Assembly (NCBI GenBank): GCA_963663405.2
Contig: CAXXSM010000132.1
Coordinates: 128,001-192,000, forward strand
DNA from: a bacterium
GTDB lineage: Bacteria; Hinthialibacterota; Hinthialibacteria; Hinthialibacterales; Hinthialibacteraceae
Length of the DNA stretch: 64,000 nucleotides
Reading direction: 5' to 3'
Below are positions 39,293-50,600 of the stretch, in pieces (the stretch's first letter is position 1; each line of letters begins with the position of its first letter). The notes under the pieces are model-generated. The model made no database searches and was not told where the DNA came from. It saw only the letters and a program-made list of their open reading frames with translations. A program made the position numbers and the translations under genes.

Positions 39293-39952
39293 ATGAATGC
39301 AATCGTGCTGCCTTCATTGCTATCAGCGCCATTTGACCGTTTAGGGGATTCGATTCGGGAATTGGAACAGGTGGGTGTTTCTCTCTTTCACTATGACGTG
39401 ATGGACGGCCACTTCGTTCCCAATCTCACCATCGGACCACTGATTATCAAGAGTCTTCAACCCCACATCTCCAGCCAATTCGACGCTCATCTGATGGTGA
39501 CGAATCCGGAGACTCAGCTTGCTTGGTTTGATCTACCATCGGTCCGGAGCCTTTCGATCCATATTGAAGCGTCGAAGAATCTGGATGCGGATTTGAAAAC
39601 CATCCAGTCCTTCAATAAAAAAGCGGGAATCGTGATCAATCCACCCACGGAAGTGGAAAAACTTGATCCCTACTTGGAAAAAGTGGATCAAATCCTCGTC
39701 ATGTCCGTCCATCCTGGATTCGGCGGCCAGAAATTCATGGAAAATTCCCTCCCGAAAATTGAATACCTGGCGAACCGGAAGTCGAAGGAAGGATTTGAAT
39801 ATCAAATTCAGGTCGATGGAGGAATTAACAAAGAAACAATCCGCTGGGTTTATGACGCGGGGGCGACAGAGATCGTCGCGGGGGACGCGGTTTTCAATAC
39901 AGAGAATCCGCCAGAGACGTATCGGCGGTTGATGAGTATTATAGGTAATTAG
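39293..39952 (+). CDS. rpe: Ribulose-phosphate 3-epimerase
   Basis: HYDVMDGHFVPN, MSVHPGFGGQ, VDGGIN. Confidence 0.96.
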   Translation: MNAIVLPSLLSAPFDRLGDSIRELEQVGVSLFHYDVMDGHFVPNLTIGPLIIKSLQPHISSQFDAHLMVTNPETQLAWFDLPSVRSLSIHIEASKNLDADLKTIQSFNKKAGIVINPPTEVEKLDPYLEKVDQILVMSVHPGFGGQKFMENSLPKIEYLANRKSKEGFEYQIQVDGGINKETIRWVYDAGATEIVAGDAVFNTENPPETYRRLMSIIGN

Positions 39953-40047
39953 TTTGAGTCACGCCAAGGCAGAATATAGCCTTGCCTTGGGCGCCCAGTT
40001 TAAATAAAACCTTATTCAGACTTTCCACTCCATCTTTTTTAATTTTG

Positions 40048-40953
40048 TTAACGCCAGACGCTGATTCCGGGATCTTTCAAGCGGACTTGATAGAGGCTTT
40101 GGCGAGCTGTGATGTAGAGAGTCTTGGAGTCTTTTCCACCGAAGGCGCAGTTGGCGGGCTGTTCGGGGACTTCGATAATGGCTATCCGTTCGCCATCGGG
40201 ATCGTAAATGATAACGCCTTCCTCCGCCGTCGCGAAAATCCGGCCTTTTGAGTCGACTTTCATTCCATCTGGAGTCCCCATGCGGGCGATTGTCTTGCCT
40301 CCCTCCAGCGTTCCATCTTTTTTGACGTTGAAGAGACGGATTATACCCGCTTTGGAATCGGCGATATAAAGACGGCTTTCATCCGGTGAAAACGCCAGTC
40401 CGTTTGGCATCTCTAAATCATCCGCCAATAAAACCGGAGCGTTTCCTGGCGTGACTCGATAGACGCCGCAGAAAGAGAGTTCTTTTTGGTCATCCGATAT
40501 CCCATAGGTCGGATCAGTAAAGAAAATCATCCCATCCGAACGAACGGCGGCGTCGTTGGGGCTGTTCAAGCGTTTTCCTTCGTATTGATCCGCAAGGATC
40601 GTGATGGCTCCATTGCTCTCGGTGCGTGTCACCCGGCGATTGACGTGTTCGCAGGCGATCAAGTGTCCCTTTAGATCAAAGGTCAGTCCATTGGAGCCCC
40701 CGCTTTCCACACGCCATATCTGGCTGTTCCCTTTGCCCACGCACCGGATAATATTCGCCGCCGGAATATCGCTGAAGAGAAGATAACCGTCCTTATGCCA
40801 GACTGGGCCTTCTGTAAACTGGAAACCGCTGACAACGATTTCGACGGACGAATCGATGATCTCTGATAACGGCGCTGATTCGGGAGCCGGGGTAAAGGTT
40901 CCCACCAAAATGAATAGCGCAATGAATAGAAAACGGTGTTTTTGAATAATCAT
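40048..40953 (-). CDS. SMP-30/gluconolactonase family protein, exported
   Basis: FTEGPVW, SNGL, NSPND, PNGLAFSPD, PDGMKVD; GAAGGAG RBS. Confidence 0.92.
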   Translation of the reverse strand: MIIQKHRFLFIALFILVGTFTPAPESAPLSEIIDSSVEIVVSGFQFTEGPVWHKDGYLLFSDIPAANIIRCVGKGNSQIWRVESGGSNGLTFDLKGHLIACEHVNRRVTRTESNGAITILADQYEGKRLNSPNDAAVRSDGMIFFTDPTYGISDDQKELSFCGVYRVTPGNAPVLLADDLEMPNGLAFSPDESRLYIADSKAGIIRLFNVKKDGTLEGGKTIARMGTPDGMKVDSKGRIFATAEEGVIIYDPDGERIAIIEVPEQPANCAFGGKDSKTLYITARQSLYQVRLKDPGISVWR

Positions 40954-40990
40954 TAGTATTGATCTCCTTCCCGTTTGTATTGGCTCAATC

Positions 40991-41359
40991 CTATTCATCC
41001 AGCCGGATGACTTGGATTTTAGGCGCTTTGGCTTGATTGAACGCAGTGGCGTCTCCATCGATCCTTCCGAAGGGAATAATCTCGCTGGCCGCTCGTGGCC
41101 GGTCATCGGTTGAAGCGGGTGTGGGGCCATAGAAAATACAGAACGCGTGTCCCGGCGGCCAGTAGGCGAGTTCCCCCACCTCCACAAGTTCACGTTCTCC
41201 CTCAGTCTTCAGGTAGAGAGGTATGCCGAAATAAATCTCATCACCCCAGGTGTTGAAGGGGAGATCGAAAGGTAACGCGTCATAGATCGCTTGCGCGGTT
41301 TCACTATCATCGAGTGTGGCGGTTAGAGAGACTTCCCCAACAGTGATTTGAATCTTCAT
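40991..41359 (-). CDS. Cyclophilin-like fold protein (DUF369)
   Basis: TWGDEIYF, GELAYWPPGHAFCIFYGPTP. Confidence 0.9.
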   Translation of the reverse strand: MKIQITVGEVSLTATLDDSETAQAIYDALPFDLPFNTWGDEIYFGIPLYLKTEGERELVEVGELAYWPPGHAFCIFYGPTPASTDDRPRAASEIIPFGRIDGDATAFNQAKAPKIQVIRLDE

Positions 41360-41624
41360 TGATCTCCTTCTTTCAAACGTAAGCGCGAATCAAGTTGTGT
41401 AGTCCAGGTGGCTACGATGAGAGTTCGCTACGGCGCCGTTTACGAACAATTCTATAACCGGTTTCCAATCCTTTCTCTAAAATAAAACAATATAGGCAGA
41501 GGATTTAATTATATAACGCAAACCAGATTGGTTGATAGAGTGATGGAGAGACGCCGAGGAAGAAAAAACACATTCGTGTGCGACAGGGGAACCATTATTG
41601 GGTTTTATTTCTAAAGGATTATTA

Positions 41625-44168
41625 TCATTTCTTTGTTCCGGGCAGAAGGCCATATACGCGTGGCCGGAACTGCTTAATGTGATCGCCTTTCATTTGCCAG
41701 GAGATCTTATTTTCTCCCTTTTTAAGCGGAACGGGAAACCTTGCTGGCAGGACTGTATTAGTCTCAGGATCGTACCGGATCGTCTTCTCTTTTTGCAGTG
41801 GAATCCCATTCCAGAGGATATAATTCTCCAGCGTTTGTATTCCTTCCGGCGCTTGGATGAGAAGACAGGATCCAGGTAAGGCGGATTCGATTTCAAAGGC
41901 GTAGATCCCCGTTTTTTCCGCTTTCACGGTATAGGTAAGGTAATAAAGCGCGTTTTCTTCTGGAACGTGTTCGATTTTATCCGGAAGTGGGATGGTTTTA
42001 GACACGTTTCCGAAAATATATTCGCGGTTTGTCTCTGTGGCGGCGTTGATGGAACTGTAACCTAAAAACAGCCTTTTATCATCCGCGATTTTTAGATGAT
42101 GCGGTATTGTCCATAGATCACTTTTTTCCAATGCGTAAGGTCCTTGAACCAGTAGATGGCCCGATTCCGTTTCGTTTGGAACCAGTTTTAAACAATCGAT
42201 CCCAGCGACATAACCCGTGGAATTGTCATTTTTCCCTAGTACGATCACACTCACGCGGGGCCGGTCACTCGCATGGATAAATACCGGGATTTCGGATCGG
42301 TACGATTCGGCATTTGCCGTTTTCCCATATAAATCGATTGAGGGGAAAACGGAGGTGTCATTCACTTGAATTTCGATCCTTGGCGCATTAGGCGCTTCGG
42401 TTAATGTACAGATCAATCCATACCAACCCGAATAATCAACGTCCGTCATATTGAAATGAATGGACGCGCCTGGTTTGGACGCTTTAAAACGCATCTGTTG
42501 ATCGCCGCTCCAATCAGAGCCAAAGGGGCGCATATCTTGTGGATCGAAGATCCCTTCATAGGCTTCAAGAGAGAGTGTTTCCGCTTCCAATGACCGGACC
42601 GGTTCGCCTTTCCGGTCATAGATCTCATATATTGGATGCTCAATGGGAGCCGTGCGAAACCGCCGCGCGGGAGCGGGATCGGGCCAGGGGAATCGTGTGT
42701 GTGGTTCTTCTTGATACCAGTAGACCACTGAAGAATAATCGCATTGGCGAACATTGCCGCTCCCATGTTCGAACATCGCCGCCACGCCCTGTTGAAAAGG
42801 CAAAGGCGCGGCGAAAAAGAGACGCAGCAGGACATCTCCTCCCCATGAATCCGGGCGGCCCGCGGCTAAAGGCCATTCGTTCTTCTGCAATGTTCCCGCC
42901 ATGTCGAAGAAACCGTTTTTTCCCGTTCCCGCCAGCAGTTCTTGGTCGATAAAGATCATCGCATCGCTTTCGGGATCGGGTGTGCGCAGCATGGATATTC
43001 CTACGAGATGCCCTTTCCCCCGCGCCGAGAGCGCCGCATAATTCTGGTCTGGTTCGCAGAGTGGATCCAAAGGCTCTGTGTTAAACGCAACCGTTTCTAG
43101 ACAGGTTTGATTCTCCCGCCGCCAAAGCGCATGAAAATAACGTATTGTATCGGGAAGACTCACACTCGTTTGGGGATATAAAGTTAAATCAACGTTGCAG
43201 GATTTTGTTCGATTGCCGTTTTCGATCTCGATCCGCATATTCTTTTTATATGGCATAGGGAAATAACAGTATCGCCTGGAATTGCGCCCTAAGCCAAGAG
43301 CCATTGAACTGACGTTGTATCCAAAGAAATCGAGAGCGGGCGCTAAAACGCTTGGCTCGGTCTCTCCATCCCAATAGATCCGCAGAAGCAGATCGCGTCC
43401 GACTGTGTTGTCTCCAGCCCATCGAATCCGGATGCCCCGCAGTACCGCCGGGCCGGCGCAGGAGGCGAATTCGATCGAAGCCCCGGCGGGAATTGTATTC
43501 ACTACGCTCTTGGTTTGAATTTCATTATTTCCTGGAAAGGGGGGATTGTTGGTATATCGTTGAAATCGCTTGGCCGTGTTTGTAATCGCATTTTTATCAG
43601 CGCTGGACAATGGAAGAATCAGCGGCTCAACTTTTGTCCCCTCAGGAAATGTAACCGTTTCGATTTGGTAATAACAGAGTTTTTCACATACGATCTTACA
43701 AAACCGGGAAAAAGGGATGGGAACATAGCTCCAACAGGCGCCGTTTTCTGTATTGCTCGAATAGACGAACGGATTGACGAAGGGACTCAATTTATTCTGA
43801 AAAAGTACCTGAAAGGGCTCATAGAGTATGGGTTTGTCATAATCATCAATGTATATCCGCAGGGCGCCGGTTGGATTGAGCGCCCAAATCCGCGTAATCG
43901 CGCCGGGTCCCTGCGCTTCTGCGATGACGCTCCAACTGCCTTCATGACGGATATACCCAGTGTCATCCAGATTTCCTCCCTGCCGGTCCGCGCTGGACCA
44001 CATCGTTATGGATATGTTTGGATCAAGGTACAGAGAGTCTAAATCTACCATTTTTTGTAGTAGTGTAGAGAAGGAAACAGATGGGTGGTCTTCTGCGATT
44101 GCGCTTAAGGCTAAAAAAAGCGGAAATAAGCCCCAAAGAAATCGTTTTTTCATGGAACGAGGGATCAT
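41625..44168 (-). CDS. DUF2961 (GH172-like) secreted protein with C-terminal accessory domains
   Basis: SSADR.GGN.D, GPGAITRIW, YVPIPF, LRIYWDGE, YFPMPY, EHG, SVVYWYQ. Confidence 0.85.
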   Translation of the reverse strand: MIPRSMKKRFLWGLFPLFLALSAIAEDHPSVSFSTLLQKMVDLDSLYLDPNISITMWSSADRQGGNLDDTGYIRHEGSWSVIAEAQGPGAITRIWALNPTGALRIYIDDYDKPILYEPFQVLFQNKLSPFVNPFVYSSNTENGACWSYVPIPFSRFCKIVCEKLCYYQIETVTFPEGTKVEPLILPLSSADKNAITNTAKRFQRYTNNPPFPGNNEIQTKSVVNTIPAGASIEFASCAGPAVLRGIRIRWAGDNTVGRDLLLRIYWDGETEPSVLAPALDFFGYNVSSMALGLGRNSRRYCYFPMPYKKNMRIEIENGNRTKSCNVDLTLYPQTSVSLPDTIRYFHALWRRENQTCLETVAFNTEPLDPLCEPDQNYAALSARGKGHLVGISMLRTPDPESDAMIFIDQELLAGTGKNGFFDMAGTLQKNEWPLAAGRPDSWGGDVLLRLFFAAPLPFQQGVAAMFEHGSGNVRQCDYSSVVYWYQEEPHTRFPWPDPAPARRFRTAPIEHPIYEIYDRKGEPVRSLEAETLSLEAYEGIFDPQDMRPFGSDWSGDQQMRFKASKPGASIHFNMTDVDYSGWYGLICTLTEAPNAPRIEIQVNDTSVFPSIDLYGKTANAESYRSEIPVFIHASDRPRVSVIVLGKNDNSTGYVAGIDCLKLVPNETESGHLLVQGPYALEKSDLWTIPHHLKIADDKRLFLGYSSINAATETNREYIFGNVSKTIPLPDKIEHVPEENALYYLTYTVKAEKTGIYAFEIESALPGSCLLIQAPEGIQTLENYILWNGIPLQKEKTIRYDPETNTVLPARFPVPLKKGENKISWQMKGDHIKQFRPRVYGLLPGTKK

Positions 44169-44282
44169 TATCTAGTCTAACTTACGATGAATTGCGTGGT
44201 TGTTATTGTACTATTCCAACAGAATAGAATACAACGATCCCGCAATCAATGATGAGGGCTGAACGCAGCCGTTAGAAAAACA

Positions 44283-45422
44283 TTATCCAGGATTTTGTTG
44301 TTGGGGATTCCACAGGGTGGTTTTGACTTCGAGGTAAATCCGGTTGGGGCCACGTTGGATGACCATGGAGACTGTTTCATCCGGCTTGGTATGGAAAATT
44401 TTATAGAGCAGATTCAACACATTCGTTTCTTTTTCTTCGTTAAATTCTATAATGAAATCGCCTCGTTTTAGACCGGCTTTCGCGGCGGGACTGTTTTCGG
44501 CGAGTTTCTCAACGAGAATTCCGGATTCCAGCTGGACAAGATCCAATCCCGGAATCCAGCCACGTTCCCGTTTTCCTTCTGCAATGATCGATTTGGCGGA
44601 ATCCGCCACTATATCCGCGGGGATGATGAACGTGAGTCCCGGCCAGTTTCCAACATGATATTCCGACGCGATCATTCCTACCAACAAACCAGATGGGCTA
44701 AAAACCGGAGCCCCTTCATTGTGAGGATAGAGAGGTAGATCCGTCTGTATATATCGCTCGATTTTAAAGAGTTTCATCCCGCGTTTATGCCCACCGATCA
44801 TGCCGGAGAATGGGGAGGCGGGGAGATCGTACGGCCGTTGGATTGCGATTACATACGACGCGACGGGCAAGAGGGTTGAAATCGAATCCAGATCGATGTA
44901 GTCAGAGAACGTCGCGCTGTCCACCCGCAGCACCGCCACACCCGTCAATTCGTCGATCCCTTGCAGCGCCGCTTTTATTTGCCGCCGGTTGTTGTCGTAC
45001 ACGGTGAGATCGCCACCGAGAGTCGCGCTTTTAATTACGGTGCTCAACGTAACCAAATGATGGGGGGTGACGGCGAAAGCGGCCCCGTTTTTTTGATTTC
45101 TCACTATCATGCGCTCTTTCAGATATTCCATATCCCGTTCCACTTGTTCGACCATGGATTGGAACGCGTTGTAGCTTATCGATGGGGATGCGCCACCGGT
45201 GATAGCGCTGGAATAACTTTTGAGATAGCCTCTTAGGCGGGAGACGGTGTTGTTGTAATTTTGCAAAATGTAATTCTTTGGGATTTCCACACTGACGGTG
45301 TATACCGCTGGAGAATACCGCTGGAACGTGTCATGTACGGCTAGGTCCCCTTGCCCAACCGCGGCTGGAACGCCTCCCCATAATATTGCGCACACCGCAA
45401 TGACCGGTCCAAATAATCTCAT
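44283..45422 (-). CDS. HtrA/DegP-like trypsin-PDZ protein with degenerate catalytic triad
   Basis: YIQTD, GAPVFSPSG, RGWIPG, SPAAKAGLKRGD; PHNEGAP replaces PGNSGGP. Confidence 0.8.
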   Translation of the reverse strand: MRLFGPVIAVCAILWGGVPAAVGQGDLAVHDTFQRYSPAVYTVSVEIPKNYILQNYNNTVSRLRGYLKSYSSAITGGASPSISYNAFQSMVEQVERDMEYLKERMIVRNQKNGAAFAVTPHHLVTLSTVIKSATLGGDLTVYDNNRRQIKAALQGIDELTGVAVLRVDSATFSDYIDLDSISTLLPVASYVIAIQRPYDLPASPFSGMIGGHKRGMKLFKIERYIQTDLPLYPHNEGAPVFSPSGLLVGMIASEYHVGNWPGLTFIIPADIVADSAKSIIAEGKRERGWIPGLDLVQLESGILVEKLAENSPAAKAGLKRGDFIIEFNEEKETNVLNLLYKIFHTKPDETVSMVIQRGPNRIYLEVKTTLWNPQQQNPG

Positions 45423-46046
45423 GTTTGCAATCTCCATTAAAACCACCATGATTTAAACTCACATTGAACAATTGAAAATGAGTTGCAGGGGAAAGCGCGA
45501 AGGAGAGAGGCATTGAAACTCATTTTTGTCTGAATCATCCTATTTATGAATATGTTGACCCGAATCGCCATCTTGTTTGGAACCGCTGGTTTCCAAATCC
45601 ATTCGCTTTCATGAAATACGTGATATCTCGCATAAAGTAACGATCTTAATCGGATTTGGATCGATTTATCCCGCCTTTTCTCCGCGTATCAGTGGTAATG
45701 ATTGTTAATGAACACTAAATAAATTCATAAAAAAGAAAATAATCCCCTTGACTCACCTAGGTTTATTGTTGTAAAGAATTATATAATACTATACCTTTGA
45801 TAGATTCAATGAAAACAAGTATACTTTGAAATAACTATTAGCATATGAAAATGAGTAGCGTGGGCCGCGGATTATCGGTCCACCAGGAATGGTTTTTATC
45901 TCCGGTGGGTCTTTAAGACATGGTCTGTCCTGTAGAGATTGAAATCAATATATAATAAAAGGAGGTGATAGGATAAAAAAAAGTTACATTGAGGAATAAA
46001 TGTTTGAACTCAGGAATTTTGAATGCAATCGTAGGAGAGAATAAAA

Positions 46047-47525
46047 ATGAAGAAAAGAATGTTTATCAGTATTTTATTCTGTTTACTCGCCGCTGTTCCA
46101 GGAATCATGGCTCAAGAAGTGCCGATGAACCACGCCGGCGCTGGCGTGACTGTTCTCGTTCCAGATCTTTTGATAGCAAAATCGGATGTGGACATGGGCA
46201 GCTACTGGGAGCCTTTCACAGACATTTTCGGGGATGGCACTATCGCTGTAATTGCTGGTTGCTATGCCGAAGGCACGACGAGTGGCACCATGAACGCCAA
46301 AGTCGTTTTCATCGATATGGAAGGAAACGTGTCAGAATATTGGGCGTTCTACGATGACGCGGGCAATCCTTATACAGGTCCGTTCAACGAAGCCCGGAAA
46401 GATGGGAACCCCCCACGGATCGCTTGTGACCGCCGATCGGGTAGTACAACGTATGTCACCGGTCAGGAAGCCACTCCCTATTTGTATAATGAATTCAACA
46501 GCGATGGCCGTTGGGAAAAATCCTTTGTGTACACCCAGAATCAAGTCGCCGCCGTTCAATTCTTCAACTTAACCGACGCGGGTCCTGTCCCGTTCTCGAA
46601 TGTAATCGATCCTGTATATGGGGCGGGAGACATCGAAGGCGCGCAGAGTAATCAAATGCGTTTCGGTGGAGAGATCCGTATTCTATCCAATGGGAATATT
46701 CTCGTTGTCCCCGAAGACCGCAATGGCGGCATCATTTCAGGAAACGCCGCGATCGCCACCATCTTTGATGGTGAGACCGGCGAAATCATCAAAGGCCCCT
46801 TCAATCCGGCGGGTGATGAAGCCGCTCATAGCATTTGGTCGAATGTGGCTGCGTTCAATGGCGGTTTCGCCGTTCGTTCTGAAGGTGTCATGACGATGTA
46901 TACCAACGACGGTGAGTTGATGAACTGGGTCCTCCAAGAAGAATGGACTAATGTCGCGGACACAGGCCGGGGCGATGGCACCCGGATCGCGTCCAATATC
47001 ACCAGTGATTACATTTATATTCTTGGTAAAGATAATGTGGTAGGGGACATGATCATCTCTCGCATCAACGCGCAAACCGGCGCCGTCGATAATACGATTG
47101 CTGATGTCGAAGGACATGAGGGCCATGACACTGTAATCGCCAATGAAGTGGAATTATGGGACGTTGGTGACTTTGATCGTGGAGACATAGCGGTTGATAT
47201 GAATGGCAACATCTGCGTAACCTATGAATTCGAGGATTTCGCTTTCCCAGACTTACCACAAATGGTCGCCCGGATTTTCAATAGCGATATGGAACCGGTT
47301 ACACCGACGTTCTACGCATTTGAGAATCACGATACAATCGATGACATTAAGGGCATTATTGCCAAGGAAGTGAATGTCTCGATGGATAACCAGCGAATCG
47401 TGATCGCCGCCGATGGTATAACTGTAGATCCAGACAGTGGCGTACTCACACCGAAAGAACAGGCGTATGCGATTGTATTAGCCAATCCTTTGAGCACATC
47501 CGTTGCTGCTTGGGAATTGTTCTAA
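46047..47525 (+). CDS. Secreted acidic hypothetical protein ending in TSVAAWELF
   Basis: AGGAG RBS, signal peptide MKKRMFISILFCLLAAVPGIMA, beta-rich acidic body. Confidence 0.85.
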   Translation: MKKRMFISILFCLLAAVPGIMAQEVPMNHAGAGVTVLVPDLLIAKSDVDMGSYWEPFTDIFGDGTIAVIAGCYAEGTTSGTMNAKVVFIDMEGNVSEYWAFYDDAGNPYTGPFNEARKDGNPPRIACDRRSGSTTYVTGQEATPYLYNEFNSDGRWEKSFVYTQNQVAAVQFFNLTDAGPVPFSNVIDPVYGAGDIEGAQSNQMRFGGEIRILSNGNILVVPEDRNGGIISGNAAIATIFDGETGEIIKGPFNPAGDEAAHSIWSNVAAFNGGFAVRSEGVMTMYTNDGELMNWVLQEEWTNVADTGRGDGTRIASNITSDYIYILGKDNVVGDMIISRINAQTGAVDNTIADVEGHEGHDTVIANEVELWDVGDFDRGDIAVDMNGNICVTYEFEDFAFPDLPQMVARIFNSDMEPVTPTFYAFENHDTIDDIKGIIAKEVNVSMDNQRIVIAADGITVDPDSGVLTPKEQAYAIVLANPLSTSVAAWELF

Positions 47526-47566
47526 TTACTCATTTACTACTAATTGCTTCTATTGATCGTTCGATG

Positions 47567-47598
47567 AGCCCACGTTTCACCGCGTGGGCTTTTTTTTC
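47567..47598 (+). terminator. Rho-independent terminator
   Basis: AGCCCACG-tttcaccg-CGTGGGCT followed by a T run. Confidence 0.85.
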
Positions 47599-47610
47599 TA
47601 TTCGTTACTT

Positions 47611-50600
47611 TTACCGGGAGGAAAGAGAGGCGCTGAGCGAATCGATTTCGTATGTGACGAAAGGCCGGGTGTTGCGATGGTTGTAATGCCATTCTTCCCG
47701 GCCACCGGGGTAGATCTCTCGCAGTTTGTTGATATACCGGCGATTGCTTCGGACGAGAACGAAATTCACCGGTTCCCGCCGCGTTCGATTCTCCAACAGA
47801 AACCGTTCAGGATCTTCCACGGTTTCCCCCCGCGCTTGTGGCGCGAGAAAACGAATATTGCCATACTCAAAGAAGAAATGGGGAGGGCCGAAAAAGTACG
47901 TGTACCGGGTGGGCCCTCTTTCGTCTAAATACCGCGCGATGCGAGTGGAATCATCGAGTGGTTGGGGGATGGACATGATCTGGTGAAAATAGCGGTGCAT
48001 TCCAAAGATCAATAGAATCGCCGCCCCACTACAAATGACAGCTACCCGTTTGGAATGCGGCCAGCAAAATACCTGCGAAAAATGTAGAAATACTCCATGC
48101 AGCGCGGGCGCCGCGATTAAGAACAGCAGAGGAACGCCTCCGATCAGACGCTGATAGGCCGGGCAGTTATTCGTAAACGCTGCGCCGGTCATAAAAATAC
48201 AGAACAGCCAAAACAGGAGAAGCAGAGACGCGGGTTTATAAATCGTTAATACTACGAAAAGGAGTCCTACGGTGAAGCAGATGGCGGGAAGAGGGTCTAA
48301 AATGCCTCCATATCCGTTATTTATTAAATAGGGGCTTCGATTGGGGTGGGTGATGGGCGCAAGCAGTGTTCGTTCAACTTGCTGTTTCGCGATCTCATTC
48401 GCTGACACGTTCGGTGGATAATCCCTTAAGATCAAGGTTTGCCCTTCTTGATGGAGAAAGGAGACACTTTTAGCGCGGGAATAAAACGTTGTGCTGTCAA
48501 CTAAATAATTTCCAATTAATGGAGACGCGGTCACCCAAAAGGCAAGCATGTACATGAAACCTCCCGCCATCGCATGCCGCAGGGGCATAATCCGGGTCAG
48601 CGTCAGCAAGACGAACGATCCGCAAAGCATCGGGAACAGAATGTGAGACGCCTGATAACTCAGAAAACCGATTCCAGTCAGAAAACCCGCTAAGCAATAA
48701 CTCTTACCATCCGATTCCTGCGCGCCCCGGAGAAAGAAGTACAACGCCGCGATGGTAATCAACGCTGTTTGGTTATAACCGGTTCCCATGCGGGAAAAGT
48801 GGATCGTATACGAAGAAACCGCATAGAGGAACGTGGCAATCGCCGCCGGTCTGGGATGAAAAAGTCTCTTGGCGAGTAAATAGAATATTGGGATCGCGCC
48901 TAGCCCGGTCAGCGCGCCCATCAAACGAACGCCGAATAATGTGTCTCCAAAAAGCCACATCCCCCAAGCGGGGATTAGGTAATATAATTTTGGGATATGA
49001 TACCAACCTAATCCAAATAGATTCCAATCTCCGGAATCGCGGACTTCGATCCCATTCAGCGCCACTTCGCCCTCGTCGCCGTGCACGTCGGTTGGCACAG
49101 ATGTGTTCCCTATGGTGTATAATAATGCCGCGAGCACGATTACCACGATCACAAATGTATTGGCCCGCTGACCGGAAAGAGGGGAATCTTCAGCGGGTGT
49201 ATGGTCCTTTTCTTCATATTGATCGAAATCGTCTTCACTGACGCTGCCCGTCGAGAAGGGAACCGCCAGCGAAGTTTTTTTCATCTGAATGGTCAGCCAT
49301 TCTTGACGGGCGTTGTTCTTTGAGGAATTAGAAACGCGGAACAGCAGAAATAGACTGATCCCCCAAGCCGCCATCGGCGCGTACCAAGGCAGTTTCCAAC
49401 CCAAAGGAGTGGCTTGCAAGTAGTAATATTGACCGCATACGGGAACGATCCACCAAAGTAATAGAGCAATGACCGTGAGAATCCCAAAAGGGAAATGAAA
49501 TGGTCGGCCGTCGGATTTCCATTTTTCTTGGGGGAGAAAGGATCTGGCGGCGCGCCGGAACGAGTATAGAAAGACAAGCGGCGCCGCGATCCAGAACGGG
49601 AGGGGAGGAAAGTAGGGTGATATCGACGCGGCGGTCACGAGTTCCGCATATGCGATCCAGATTGGAATTCCATACGCCACGCAAAGGGAAAACTTCGCGA
49701 TCCCCGTTCCCATACCCGCCACGAGACTGATCAGCCAGAAGACGAATGAGACAGCGAGCCAGAAATAAGGGGATTGAAGAAGATCCAGTGATTTTTCTTG
49801 CGTTTTCACCCACTCATTTTGGAAATCCGATTCAATCTGTGCAGGCGCGCTGGATGCGTGCGTTCCTTGTGGAGCAAATTTATTTTGTACGCAGCAGAGA
49901 TAAAGGTCCCGTTCGGGTAGATACGCCGCCGCCGTAATATAATTTAAATTATCCCGCACAACCCGCTGCGGGCCTTGCGCGGGAAGTTCGATCAGCCGTT
50001 GTCCGTCTCCATCGGATACGAGAACGGCGCCATTGGATAACAGCGTCAATTTGTTTGGATGATTGTATCCTTTCCACTCCGCGAGAATTCGGCCGGCGGC
50101 CGATACTTTAATGACGCGGTGATTGTCAAAGTCGGAGATCAGCGTATCACCATTTTCGAGCCGCAGCGCGTCCAATGGCTGCTTCAGGTTATCATTGTAT
50201 GACCAAACGATTTTCCCTTCCGGATTCAGTTCGAGAATACGGTTTGCTTTAGCGTCGCTTACTAAGTAATTTCCGTTGGGCAGACGATCGGCATCGGTGG
50301 GATCAACGAGGGTGAATGGAAGTAGATTTCTCTCACCGGTTAGCCGGTTGAAGATAAACACTTCCCGGTTGTAACGCGATGTGAGGAGAAACTCGCCGGG
50401 CGTTTCGAGAGGATCTACGTCCTGCAGGCCGTAAAACGATGTGCCGAACAGGATCGAGCCATCCAATGAAAAGAGAATAAAATTGCCCGATGCGCCCGCC
50501 ACCACAAATTCCGTTTTTGAAGGAAGTATCTCCACATCGCTGGGAATGCCGGCAACCGGGTAAAATTTCTGAATCTTTCCCGCGCTGTTGAAGGCGATGA

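Noticed and set aside
40955-41372. GAAGGAGATCAAT repeated upstream of two adjacent genes
   Set aside because: Explained as a ribosome-binding site context
41395-41445. Fluoride-riboswitch-like GATGAGAGTTCGC
   Set aside because: Wrong strand for the adjacent gene, and the pseudoknot partner is missing
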